Assembly (NCBI GenBank): GCA_050309605.1
Contig: JBNRMN010000009.1
Span: forward strand, 1-36,278
Direction: 5' to 3'
Origin: Anaerohalosphaeraceae bacterium
GTDB lineage: Bacteria > Planctomycetota > Phycisphaerae > Sedimentisphaerales > Anaerohalosphaeraceae
Length of the DNA stretch: 36,278 nt
Positions 16,851 through 26,326 of the stretch are shown here, piece after piece; position 1 is the stretch's first letter, and every line of letters begins with the position of its first letter. Position numbers and translations under genes: made by a program. The notes beneath the pieces are model-generated. The model was not told the origin of the DNA. It did not search any database and was given only the letters and a program-made list of their open reading frames with translations.

Positions 16851-17276
16851 TTATGCCGCGCGGGGCAGAGGCGGAGACGGCGAAGGTGTGGTCGTCGTCG
16901 GGTCGTCGGGCGATTCGGGGTTCACGGTCGGCGGCGGCAGCGGAGGCAAGCCCCAAGCCATACGCGCCTTATCGCAGCGTTCGTTGGGCAGACCGTTTTC
17001 CCACGCCACGGGAAAATCCCGACAAACTGATGAGCGTTGGTCGTAGATGCTGCAATAGATATGCTCTCCTATTTCACCGACCAGCGCGACACAGCGCGGT
17101 TTGGGCTGATTGGTGCCGCGCATCACCCGCCGAAAGTCATTGAGCTTTTCGGTCAACTCGACCGGTACGGTTCCGCCGGCGTCGTCGGCCTCGGCCCAAT
17201 AAAACGACGCCCGATAGAAGGCACAACAGGCCCCGCAGGCGATGCACGGATTCGATTCGTTCTTGTCAGTTTCCAT
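16851..17276 (-). CDS. YkgJ-family CxxCxxCC (Zn/Fe-chelating) protein
   Basis: [46 protein letters not shown]; Pro-rich tail. Confidence 0.85.
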   Translation of the reverse strand: METDKNESNPCIACGACCAFYRASFYWAEADDAGGTVPVELTEKLNDFRRVMRGTNQPKPRCVALVGEIGEHIYCSIYDQRSSVCRDFPVAWENGLPNERCDKARMAWGLPPLPPPTVNPESPDDPTTTTPSPSPPLPRAA

Positions 17277-17326
17277 AAGCAGGGTATAAAATCAAATTCC
17301 AGTCAAAAAATCAATAGGCAATCCGG

Positions 17327-18034
17327 TCATTTTTTCAAGTATCTTTGACGCTGGTCGGCTGGGAATTTTTCGATGGCATAGCGCAGCATCGTCCGGGGCA
17401 TCTGGTCGGCATGGGCATCGAGAAAGGCTTTTTCGACGGCAAGACGGCGTTTACCGATCTCACGAAGTATCCAGCCAACGGCCTTGTGGATGAGGTCTTC
17501 GGGGTCATGAAGAAGCCGCCGGGCAATTGCGAGGGCATCGTCAAAGCGGTTGTTTCGGATGAATGTCAGAGTGGCGAGCACCGCAATTCGCCGCGGCCAG
17601 AGTATCAAGGCCGCGGCCAGATCATAAAGGGGCTGCTTGTCGCGATCAAGCAGGAACGCTCCGACGATGTTCGGCGCTGACAGATCGACCAGGTCCCAGT
17701 TATTGATCCTATGTATTTGCTCCAGATAAAGGGTATAGATGGCCTGTTTTTCAGGATCGTCGCCTCGTTCAAATTGTCGAACCAGAAGCAACAGGGCAAA
17801 AAGCCGCTCTTCGTGATAGGCCGACCGCAGCAACTTGAGGATATGCGGCCGCGGCAGTTGGGCGTATGGCCCCATCTGTGACCGCAAAGCAGGCACACGA
17901 ATGCCGAGAAAGCGGTCGCCATAGCCGTATTGACCCTTTGCAGTCTTGAAATACCGCTGCGAACGCTCCGCGATAGCCGGGTCGGCCATTCGCCGGAGCA
18001 CTGCGCTGACCTCTTGGGCGGTCTGGTTCGGCAT
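17327..18034 (-). CDS. DNA alkylation repair enzyme, AlkD-like
   Basis: YFKT.KGQYG.GD.FLGIRVP, HEERL.AL, INNWDLVD.SAP, DLIHKAVGW.LREIGKR, MPRTMLRYAIEKF. Confidence 0.9.
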   Translation of the reverse strand: MPNQTAQEVSAVLRRMADPAIAERSQRYFKTAKGQYGYGDRFLGIRVPALRSQMGPYAQLPRPHILKLLRSAYHEERLFALLLLVRQFERGDDPEKQAIYTLYLEQIHRINNWDLVDLSAPNIVGAFLLDRDKQPLYDLAAALILWPRRIAVLATLTFIRNNRFDDALAIARRLLHDPEDLIHKAVGWILREIGKRRLAVEKAFLDAHADQMPRTMLRYAIEKFPADQRQRYLKK

Positions 18035-18039
18035 TGAGG

Positions 18040-19296
18040 TTACTGTCCGGCCGGCTGAAGAGCGGGTCGAGCCGCTTTGAGCGGGGTCGGGAAATTATTG
18101 AAGTTCAGCAGCCGGGCAATAATTTGGGGAATATCAGCGATGTCGTGCGTCCCCGTAAAATGAGATGAACCGGGTCCAAACGCATAAATCGGCACATCTC
18201 CGGCCGTATGCCCTCCGGAATTCCAATCGGCCACCGGCTCTCGTCGGTCGGCCTTGATCAGCAGCCCACCCGTCTCATGGTCGGCGGTCACAACGACCAG
18301 CGTATTGGTGTCGCGTTCGGCAAAATCCAACGCCTCTTTAACCGCCAAATCGAACAGCAGCGTCTGACGAATGGTATTGTCGGTATCGTTGGCATGGCCG
18401 GCCCAGTCAATCTGACTGCCCTCAATCATCATAAAAAATCTCGGCTCCGGTGCAAACCAATCTGCCTTTTGACTGAGCAGCCCGATCGCAACGCGGGTCA
18501 TCTCATCGAGCATCGGCTCTGGTGCGTATGTCGTCATTCCGTCGTCGGCAAACAACCCCACCGCCGGACCGGAATTCAACGCCGCCAATTGGTCGCGACT
18601 GAAGACCACCTCATAGCCGGCGGCGCGGGCTTCTTCGATCAGATTGCGGCCGTCTTGTCGCTCCCCCGCCGGCTGAGGCAGCCAGAATTTGCGTCCGCCG
18701 CCAAACAGGATGCCGACGCGGTTATCGAGCATGTGAGCGGCAATTTCGACCTGCATATTGCGGCTTTCCACATGAGCGGCAAAACCGGCCGGCGTCGCAT
18801 GGCTAATAGCCGACGTGGCGACCAAACCGGTGCGAAACCCCTTGTCGCGGGCTTTCTCAAGGATGGTCTGCCAGGCCGTGCCGTCCGGCGCTGTGCCGAT
18901 GCGTCCGTTATCGGTCTTGATGCCGCAGGCCAGGGCCGTGGCCGCCGCGGCTGAATCGGTAACGAGTCGGTTGGCCGAATGCGTTCGCATATGCCCGGTC
19001 ACCGGCATCCGCTCCATATACAGCCGACCGTCGGGGCCGACCGCACGATACCGCGCCAGGGCAACATGATTAAAGCCCATCCCGTCTCCGATAAGCAAGA
19101 TCACGTTACGGGGACGATCGCCTCCGATGTTTACCATCAAACCGCTTTCATCGGGGCCATGATAAAAGGAAATGTCTTTAACGTCACGGTCAGGATCAGG
19201 GGTGGGATAATTCCACACCTCGGCGGACAATGGAAAAACAAAGATGCTGAACATCAGTAACATGACAACGGGTGAACAACGGTGTTTTGCTTTCAT
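18040..19296 (-). CDS. phoA: Alkaline phosphatase (PhoA type), exported
   Basis: NVILLIGDGMG, catalytic TDSAAAATA, HATPA, MIEGSQIDWAGH, TADHETGG, HT. Signal peptide follows ATG 19296. Confidence 0.92.
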   Translation of the reverse strand: MKAKHRCSPVVMLLMFSIFVFPLSAEVWNYPTPDPDRDVKDISFYHGPDESGLMVNIGGDRPRNVILLIGDGMGFNHVALARYRAVGPDGRLYMERMPVTGHMRTHSANRLVTDSAAAATALACGIKTDNGRIGTAPDGTAWQTILEKARDKGFRTGLVATSAISHATPAGFAAHVESRNMQVEIAAHMLDNRVGILFGGGRKFWLPQPAGERQDGRNLIEEARAAGYEVVFSRDQLAALNSGPAVGLFADDGMTTYAPEPMLDEMTRVAIGLLSQKADWFAPEPRFFMMIEGSQIDWAGHANDTDNTIRQTLLFDLAVKEALDFAERDTNTLVVVTADHETGGLLIKADRREPVADWNSGGHTAGDVPIYAFGPGSSHFTGTHDIADIPQIIARLLNFNNFPTPLKAARPALQPAGQ

Positions 19297-19344
19297 CTGA
19301 ATCAACCTTTCGTTTTGGCAAACCAAACATTCCTTTCGCATACG

Positions 19345-20904
19345 TTACATGCCGATTTCGGCGTCGGTTACGTTGTATCGTTCACGTTGTCGTTCCGGCA
19401 CTTGCCGCAACAATTGGCGGGCTTCTTCGGCGTATTGGGTGTTGGGAAAGTCGCGAATCACCTCACGGCACATATCAATCCCCCGTTTGTAGGACTGAAC
19501 CCCCATCCTGGAGCCTCTGATAAACAAATCGCGAATGTAGGCCAGTTTCTTCTCCGCTTCAATCTGCTGATGCTCGGGCAATTCCCGCAGTTGAGCGGGC
19601 TGGTGAGCCTGGGGCCGGCGCCCCGGAGCGGCTTGCGGGCGAATCTGGTTCGGATCAGCCGGCCGGTTCGGTTCATTCGGATCGAACGGGGGCATCATTT
19701 CAAAAGGCCTCCGCCCCGACGCGATGTCAAATTCACCGGGCATCCTCGACGACATGCCCATCGAATCGGCAGCCGATTGAAATTCTCCCAGATCGATCTG
19801 GACGCCGGTCAGATGGGTAAGAATAAAGGCCGGCATAAAACCGGTTGCCGGACCGGCATACTTGACTTGACCTTCTTTGTCCGCGATGACCATAAAAGGC
19901 GACAGCGCCTGCAACCGTGCAAAATGCGCCGCGCCGGATTGCGGATCCGAGGCGACTACCAGCGGCGCTACGGTGTCATGTTCGCTGACGATCTTCGGCG
20001 CCGCAACAGATGAGTTGGTATTGATTTCGACAAACTTCACATTTTTTTGAGAACTTAACACATCCTTGAACACCTCAAAATACGCCTGCTGTACGTCAAG
20101 GCTGTATCGTGCATTGCCCCCTGCCGCCGTCGAATAAGACGGTTCCGGCTCAATCGGCGGACGCTGACCGGGGGTGAGCAAGTTCGGATCAATGTCTTCC
20201 TCGGCCTGCCAGAAAAAGGCGCAAAGCATATCACTGCCGGGTGTGTACGTGACCTTTTGCCCGTCAAGGGTTCGGTATTCCTGACGCGAAAAACGCTCTC
20301 GGAGAAAGTCGCGTCGAAGCGTATTCAGGTCAAAATCCAGGACACCCGCTTGTCCAAACGGTGCACCTGTGCTTTGAGCAAGCGTCTCGACGCCCATTTC
20401 CGCGCCCCGGCCGCGCGGTTGAGGGCGCTGCGGACGTCGCGCGTCGGGTTGCTGACGTTGAGGACGCGGCGGCTGCGGTTCAAGGGGGCGGCGACCATAA
20501 ATCAATGAAAACACTGTCTGACTGATCCACGCATCACCGTTGTTCATGTCTTCGCGACAGGCACGCACCGCCCAGTTCAAATTGCTGACCGGATCGTCCT
20601 GATAATAGGACGTCCAGGATTGAAGCAGCATGTACACCGCCTTTTGCGGCGCATCATAAAGAACCGCATAGCGCCGGTTTTCTTCGAGCAGTTCAGCCGC
20701 CTGCTGAATTCGATGTTCACTTGGGCGTTGGTTGAGATTGGCTTTCTCAAGGATGTCGTCAAGAGTCCGACTCACGTCGGGAAATGCCGCCTGAGCTTCC
20801 TGCCGTAACAGCTCCCGGCGAGGGTCGGCCGTATCCGTCGCGGCATACGCCGCCGCACATAAGCTCAACAGTAAAATACTGCCGAAAATAGGTTTGCCTG
20901 GCAT
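19345..20904 (-). CDS. Exported hypothetical protein (helical N-terminus, redoxin-like middle without CxxC, TPR-like C-terminus)
   Basis: GGAGAGG RBS before ATG 20904; signal ending ..AAYA; VKFVEIN..PFMVIADKEGQVKYAG; CREVIRDFPNTQYAEEARQLL. Confidence 0.7.
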   Translation of the reverse strand: MPGKPIFGSILLLSLCAAAYAATDTADPRRELLRQEAQAAFPDVSRTLDDILEKANLNQRPSEHRIQQAAELLEENRRYAVLYDAPQKAVYMLLQSWTSYYQDDPVSNLNWAVRACREDMNNGDAWISQTVFSLIYGRRPLEPQPPRPQRQQPDARRPQRPQPRGRGAEMGVETLAQSTGAPFGQAGVLDFDLNTLRRDFLRERFSRQEYRTLDGQKVTYTPGSDMLCAFFWQAEEDIDPNLLTPGQRPPIEPEPSYSTAAGGNARYSLDVQQAYFEVFKDVLSSQKNVKFVEINTNSSVAAPKIVSEHDTVAPLVVASDPQSGAAHFARLQALSPFMVIADKEGQVKYAGPATGFMPAFILTHLTGVQIDLGEFQSAADSMGMSSRMPGEFDIASGRRPFEMMPPFDPNEPNRPADPNQIRPQAAPGRRPQAHQPAQLRELPEHQQIEAEKKLAYIRDLFIRGSRMGVQSYKRGIDMCREVIRDFPNTQYAEEARQLLRQVPERQRERYNVTDAEIGM

Positions 20905-20977
20905 TTTGCCTCTCCAGCTATTGTCTCTCCAGATACTACATGAAAACACTGAAATGTTTATGAACCACCGCTCTTCA

Positions 20978-21005
20978 ATTATATCAGAGAAATCCGCTGA
21001 TACAA
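20978..21005 (-). promoter_or_regulatory. Sigma70-type promoter of the 20904->16851 gene run
   Basis: Minus strand TTGTAT-16 nt-TATAAT with extended -10 TG. Confidence 0.6.
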
Positions 21006-21100
21006 AGAAAAAAAGAAACAGAGCGGGGGTGCATGAATGATTTCAGGCAAAATTTATGGAAATAGTCCAGGATTAAGTCCCCATAATTCACGCTTAAGGC

Positions 21101-21129
21101 TTGTCCGGGGATATTTTATATGCTATAAG
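21101..21129 (+). promoter_or_regulatory. Sigma70-type promoter of yhaM
   Basis: TTGTCC-17 nt-TATAAG with extended -10 TG. Confidence 0.5.
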
Positions 21130-21211
21130 ACCTGAGTGTTTGAACGTCTCGTAATTCGAGGTTGATTTCGTTGATCCCCTTGCGCAGCCGCAAGATAAAT
21201 CGGAGAATCCA

Positions 21212-22195
21212 ATGACGCATTTATTTATTAAGGACATTCAGCCGGGCCGAACGCTGGAGGAAACGTATATGGTCTCTCAGCCGGTGCTGCGGCACACCAG
21301 CCGGGGCGATTTGTATATCGCGATGTTTCTGTCCGACAAGACCGGCAAGGTCAACAGCCGCATCTGGCAGGCCACCGAAGAGCTGTATCAATCCATCCCC
21401 AGCGAGGGGTTTGTCCGCATTCGCGGCAAAAGCGAATTGTATCAGGGCAACCTGCAGGTGATTATCAACGAGGTGGCCGTCGTCAGCCCCGAAACAGTCA
21501 ATTTGTCGGATTATATGCCCCGCACCGAAAAGAACGTCGGCCAGATGTATCAGCAGGTCAAAGACATTCTGGCCGCGATCCAAAACCCCGATCTGAAACG
21601 GCTGGTCGATGCGTTTGTGGCCGATCATGAGCTGATGAAGCAGTTCTGCGCCGCACCGGCGGCGATGTCGATGCATCACGCTTATCTGGGTGGACTGCTC
21701 GAACATACGCTCAATATGCTCCAGGCGGCCCAGGCACTGTTTCCGCTGTATCCGAAGATCCAGAAAGACCTCGTGCTGGCGGCCATTTTTCTGCACGATA
21801 TCGCCAAGACGCAAGAGCTGTCCTACAAAATCAGTTTCAGCTATACCGACACGGGCCAGCTCCTCGGGCATATCATTTTAGGCACGCAAATGATCATCCA
21901 GAAGGCCGACATCCTTGCGCTGGACGGCACGCCCGTTCCGCAGCCGATTCTCGACAGTCTGATGCATATCGTCGTCAGCCATCACGGCCAGTACGACTTT
22001 GGCTCGCCCAAGCTGCCGGCCACGCCGGAGGCGTTTATGGTCAGCTATCTGGACAATCTGGATGCCAAGATGAATCAGACAACCGCGCTGATTGAAAATG
22101 ATGCAGCCGAAGCGCATTGGACCAGCTACCAGAAATCGCTTGAGACGCGGCTGTACCGCAATCGCGTTATTGACATCGATATACAACCGGGCTAA
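21212..22195 (+). CDS. yhaM: 3'-5' exoribonuclease YhaM/Cbf1 family (OB fold + HD domain)
   Basis: LSDKTG.V..RIW OB fold; PAA.SMHHAY.GGLLEHT, LHDIAK, GQLLGHI, SHHG..DFGSPKLP.TPEA, DNLDAK. Confidence 0.92.
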   Translation: MTHLFIKDIQPGRTLEETYMVSQPVLRHTSRGDLYIAMFLSDKTGKVNSRIWQATEELYQSIPSEGFVRIRGKSELYQGNLQVIINEVAVVSPETVNLSDYMPRTEKNVGQMYQQVKDILAAIQNPDLKRLVDAFVADHELMKQFCAAPAAMSMHHAYLGGLLEHTLNMLQAAQALFPLYPKIQKDLVLAAIFLHDIAKTQELSYKISFSYTDTGQLLGHIILGTQMIIQKADILALDGTPVPQPILDSLMHIVVSHHGQYDFGSPKLPATPEAFMVSYLDNLDAKMNQTTALIENDAAEAHWTSYQKSLETRLYRNRVIDIDIQPG

Positions 22196-22304
22196 TCGGT
22201 CTGCCCATGTCAGAGACACCCGCAATGAAGCCATTACGGGTGTCCTGACAGGTTCTCCCCTCACGAAGCCTCATATCAATTGTGTTATAACGTATCCGGT
22301 CTTT

Positions 22305-24290
22305 TTATTTATACACCTGCCGCCAGAAACCTCGGATGTTACTGCCGCGCAGATCGCAACTGACCGGACCTTTTCCCCAGAAGTAATCGTTATAGCCGCC
22401 CAGAACTCCGCCGGGACCGACCGGCCCCATCACCACCGACTCGACGGAGGCCGGCTGCTCTTCGGCTTTGGCCTTAAACCAGGCCGTCCGTATGGGCAGC
22501 GGCGGCAGGGTGACAAATAAGAATTTTCGACCAAGGGTATAATCGGCAAACCGTCTGCCGAATTGAGGCCAGTCATAGGCGTTGGTTTGAAAGCCCAGCA
22601 GCAAATGCAATCCGTCAAATGTCGGACCCCATCGCGTGGCCCAGCTTTTTCCGCCGTAATCGCCCTTGAGCACCTGACATGACAGCAGCGCCAGCCATTC
22701 GAGGTCGTGATTGCCCCAGGCGCCGGCGGCATCGGTATAAGTCAGCGTGCCGTCATCCTGGCTGCTTTCAAATGTAAAACCGCCGCCATAGCCGTGGCCG
22801 ATGTAAAAGACGATATCGGCATTGTCCACGTATTGGGTATCCAAACCCGCCGGGGGCTGCTTAAAGTCTTTTTCCCAGGCCGAGGTACCCGTCCAGTTAA
22901 ACCGCTGAGCAACGCCGTCCTCTAAGAACCGCGAGCGAAAACCGCTTTGGTTGACCGCCCCCAGGTCCGAGACCGCGCGTGAAATACCGAAATCTCGGCC
23001 CACTGCCGCCGGAACGACGCCGCCGGTCTGAGCAACCTTCTGCTCGTAACCGACGATGACCGTCTGTGATGTCGAAACAAGAATGCCGTTATCGTCAATA
23101 ACGTTGACCGTGAGGGTTTCCGGCCCGGCCTGCTCACGCGGAAACGCCCAGTACTGAACGCCCGCCTGGTCATCCGGTACTTCGCTCAGATCAGTTGAGG
23201 TCGAATGCCAGAAATAGCGATAAGGCTCCTGACCGCCGCTGACATCAGCCTGTGCCGCAACCAGATAGCCCTCTTGGACCCCTACTTCCAAATCAACGGA
23301 CGGCACGAATTGCGGATCGGCGATGGCCGGTACCAGACGGCGCAACTGGTGGAACTGGGCGCCTTCCGGCGTGAAGATGATGCCGCCGATATCGTAATGC
23401 GGAATCAGTGTCTTGACGCCCTGCTCGGACAGCGGCGGCGCAAAATAGACCAACTGGGCCTCCTGCTCCGGCACAAATCGCGCCGCTGCGGCGGCCCCAA
23501 GGGCGCGCTGCACGGCCTGGCCGGGTCCGAGCAGCGGAAACGTCTGTCGTCCCGGCTCGACGCCGCGACGGGCAAACACCAGTTCCGTTACATTACCCTG
23601 AGGATCAAACGCCGCGCTCATCTTGGCGCCCGGCCCCATGATGGGGATATTGTTCAGCGCTGGATGGAAGTGAACGCGCGTATCCGTCTGAACAGCCGGA
23701 AGCAGCAGATTGCCCTGCGTATCCACTAACTCAAAGGTTGTGTGCGACGTTTCGGGCTGACCATCCCCCAGCCGAATGCCGCTTTCGGCCAGCGCACCGA
23801 AAAACTTCGACAGCGCCGTCTGGGGGGGTGTTGGAACAATTTTCAGCAAGGCCTGCTCGTCAATCGCCTCAAAGACGATCTCGCTGCCGTCTTCCACATC
23901 CGGCGTATCCTTGAGCAATTCGCGAATCAACTGCTCATCCTCAACGGGTACGGTCGGCAAAGCAAGATGCTTTTCCGGGTCAATAAACAACAGCGGCTGA
24001 CCGTCTTCAATCACAACCAGTTGGCGCGGAATCCCCAGCGCCTGGGCCAGCGCTTCGGCCTGTGCCGGATCGATACCGACATCGGTTACCGTCAGCACCG
24101 GCAGCTCGCTCGGCGGCGAACAGTCCGTCAGCCAATTTTGAGCCAGGATCATAAAGTCCTGTAAATCCACTTGGCAGTCATCGTTCAGATCCCCCGGACA
24201 GGGAATCAAACACTCCGCATTTGCCTGCGGTACCGCCGCCGCCAGCAGCAGCCCCACAGTGCATAAACTAAATAGGATGTGTGTATTCAT
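22305..24290 (-). CDS. Exported protein: N-terminal dockerin-like module and C-terminal DUF6345-like domain (putative clan CD cysteine peptidase)
   Basis: AAGGA RBS before ATG 24290; signal ending ..QANA; GDLNDDCQVDLQDF; AWEKDFK..VDNADIVFYIGHG..WGNHDLEWL.LLSCQVL..W...FDGLHLLLGF.T. Confidence 0.7.
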   Translation of the reverse strand: MNTHILFSLCTVGLLLAAAVPQANAECLIPCPGDLNDDCQVDLQDFMILAQNWLTDCSPPSELPVLTVTDVGIDPAQAEALAQALGIPRQLVVIEDGQPLLFIDPEKHLALPTVPVEDEQLIRELLKDTPDVEDGSEIVFEAIDEQALLKIVPTPPQTALSKFFGALAESGIRLGDGQPETSHTTFELVDTQGNLLLPAVQTDTRVHFHPALNNIPIMGPGAKMSAAFDPQGNVTELVFARRGVEPGRQTFPLLGPGQAVQRALGAAAAARFVPEQEAQLVYFAPPLSEQGVKTLIPHYDIGGIIFTPEGAQFHQLRRLVPAIADPQFVPSVDLEVGVQEGYLVAAQADVSGGQEPYRYFWHSTSTDLSEVPDDQAGVQYWAFPREQAGPETLTVNVIDDNGILVSTSQTVIVGYEQKVAQTGGVVPAAVGRDFGISRAVSDLGAVNQSGFRSRFLEDGVAQRFNWTGTSAWEKDFKQPPAGLDTQYVDNADIVFYIGHGYGGGFTFESSQDDGTLTYTDAAGAWGNHDLEWLALLSCQVLKGDYGGKSWATRWGPTFDGLHLLLGFQTNAYDWPQFGRRFADYTLGRKFLFVTLPPLPIRTAWFKAKAEEQPASVESVVMGPVGPGGVLGGYNDYFWGKGPVSCDLRGSNIRGFWRQVYK

Positions 24291-24390
24291 AGTCGAATCC
24301 TTTCTGTCTGAATGGTTCAATGTCGCATTTGCCGGTCATCGACCGGACAAACGGGTCATCGAACGGTTTTGTATAAACAATTTCCATCAA

Positions 24391-26085
24391 TTAAAAACTG
24401 TCATCTATCGTTTCGTGGTGTGTTCCGGCAAGCCATTGCGAAGCCAGCACAGCCAAATCGTGCAAATCCACGACGCAATCGCCCGTCAGATCGGCAGTCG
24501 GCACGCCCTGCGGACAATAGGCAGCATACCCGATTGCAAACGCTGCTCCCCGGGGACGTGAATCGTCGGCGGATATCGCCAGAATCTCATGTCGGCCCGG
24601 CTCCAAGGATACGCCCAAATCGTCGTCGTCCGGCAACGGCATCCACGGACGAATCGAAAACACAAACTCGCCCTGTGCATTCGTAAGAGCCGTGCCCGCG
24701 GGAACGTCATTGATCAAAATGCGGATCGGGTCATTCGGGGCAAAACCGCATCCCTTCAGCGCCATCACATCTTGACCGGGACGACTTATGTCCTCCATCT
24801 CAAGCCTCGGCTCAATGCAGCAGCCGGTCAGACGAATCGCAAACGGCTCGGTCTGATCCAACAGAAAGATCGGTTCGCCCAGCCGATGATCCTCATTGAA
24901 GCTGTTGACCTGACACAAAACAGGGTTAGCCGAGTGAAGGTTCAACTGAAGCAATTCGATGGGGATCAGCAACTCAACCGTATGGTCATAGAGGATGGGT
25001 ATCGAACCGTCAAATTTCTCGTTGGTGTGGACTTGCACCGGCTCCGGCAGCGTCCATACCTCGCCGCTTTGAAGATCAATCGCAGCGGCATATCCGCCCC
25101 CCTGAGTCAATCCGTGCACCTGAATCAGCAAATCAGGGCCGGGAAACATCGGATCAATCTCAAAATAGATATCAAAGAACGAATTGACGGCAAACTCCGG
25201 AAAAACCGCCCCGCGATGGATTTCCAATCGTCCCACGGCCCCTGGCGTAAAGGGGTTTTCGGCAAAGAAAGAGACCTCGCGAATATCGGCATAGGCCACC
25301 GTCGGGGCATCGGGGGGCAATTGGCCTTCTATCAGCACATCATCAAAATCATCCAGCGTCGCACCGCGCAGGGTCGTGCTGAAACTGACAAAAAACGGCG
25401 AAAATCGCCAGCCTCGGAAAGCGGGCAGCCGCGGCAGCCTGAAGGCAGTGCCGCGTTTTTTGGCTTCGGGGAAGATTTCTTTGATGTCATTGGGATCGAT
25501 CAGGGTCCCCCCTTCGTCGGTGGGGTACATCACGTCATTGGGGTCGTCGCGGTGGTCGGTTACCGTTAAAACATGGATCAATTCGTGAACAATCGTACTG
25601 CCGACGGAATTGGCGTCAGCCGATTCAACCACCACAACCGGCTTGCGATGCACGGCCCAGCCGATCGTGCCCGGCTCTTCGACCCAGCAATCGTCGGCCA
25701 GGGTGATTTTCAGTCCCGTACCGTCCCAGTTGCCGTCCTCGTCCTGAAACGTGTTTTCGATCTCCCTTTGGCCGTCCCGAAGCGCCTGGTCACCTTCTTT
25801 TTCGGTCAGCTCGCCGTCTTTATCCCCGATTTCTACGTTTTGGTTGGTTTTTTTCACTACCAGGCGGATATTGGCCTGTTTGAATATCTCATTGGCTACT
25901 TTGATGGCATCGTCCAGCTTGCTCGCATCGCTGTCGTCAACGATATTGACTATTACCGGCAGGATCACCCACTCCTGGTCGTCCGGTTCCTGGGCACTTG
26001 CCGGCACCAGAAAAACCGTCAACAAACCACTGAAAATCAAAGAAAGGACAATTCTTTTTAAGAAATGGTTGTTTTGCGTACCCAT
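24391..26085 (-). CDS. Exported metzincin-like zinc metallopeptidase with C-terminal dockerin-like module
   Basis: Signal ending ..PASA; LPV.VNIV..AN.IF.QA.I; HELIHVLTVTDH plus Met-turn DVMYP; Ig-like G.GF.PN...I..T.A.G.F; ADLTGDCVVDLHDLAVLASQWL. Confidence 0.75.
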   Translation of the reverse strand: MGTQNNHFLKRIVLSLIFSGLLTVFLVPASAQEPDDQEWVILPVIVNIVDDSDASKLDDAIKVANEIFKQANIRLVVKKTNQNVEIGDKDGELTEKEGDQALRDGQREIENTFQDEDGNWDGTGLKITLADDCWVEEPGTIGWAVHRKPVVVVESADANSVGSTIVHELIHVLTVTDHRDDPNDVMYPTDEGGTLIDPNDIKEIFPEAKKRGTAFRLPRLPAFRGWRFSPFFVSFSTTLRGATLDDFDDVLIEGQLPPDAPTVAYADIREVSFFAENPFTPGAVGRLEIHRGAVFPEFAVNSFFDIYFEIDPMFPGPDLLIQVHGLTQGGGYAAAIDLQSGEVWTLPEPVQVHTNEKFDGSIPILYDHTVELLIPIELLQLNLHSANPVLCQVNSFNEDHRLGEPIFLLDQTEPFAIRLTGCCIEPRLEMEDISRPGQDVMALKGCGFAPNDPIRILINDVPAGTALTNAQGEFVFSIRPWMPLPDDDDLGVSLEPGRHEILAISADDSRPRGAAFAIGYAAYCPQGVPTADLTGDCVVDLHDLAVLASQWLAGTHHETIDDSF

Positions 26086-26297
26086 CGTTTCTCCCTTTCA
26101 AAAGATGAAATATCTCCTCTTTTATTTTCCGTTCGCCCCCCGCTGATTGTCTGTATTTAGCACATGATCACACCCTTTCAACTGTGGGTATTAGAAATAG
26201 GATTTTTATGGTCTTACTTATATTTCAAAAAAAAATCTCCCCTCCACTATTTCATATTTCAATTCACAACAACCTTTTTCACACTTTACTAATAGGA

Positions 26298-26326
26298 ATA
26301 CTAAACTAAGTCGTGTTTTGTGTCAA
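26298..26326 (-). promoter_or_regulatory. Sigma70-type promoter of the peptidase pair
   Basis: Minus strand TTGACA-17 nt-TAGTAT in AT-rich intergenic DNA. Confidence 0.5.

Noticed and set aside
23688..23708. LLLPAVQ as a planctomycete DUF1559/prepilin motif
   Set aside because: It is internal, with no N-methylation site or AREAAR continuation; probably coincidental.
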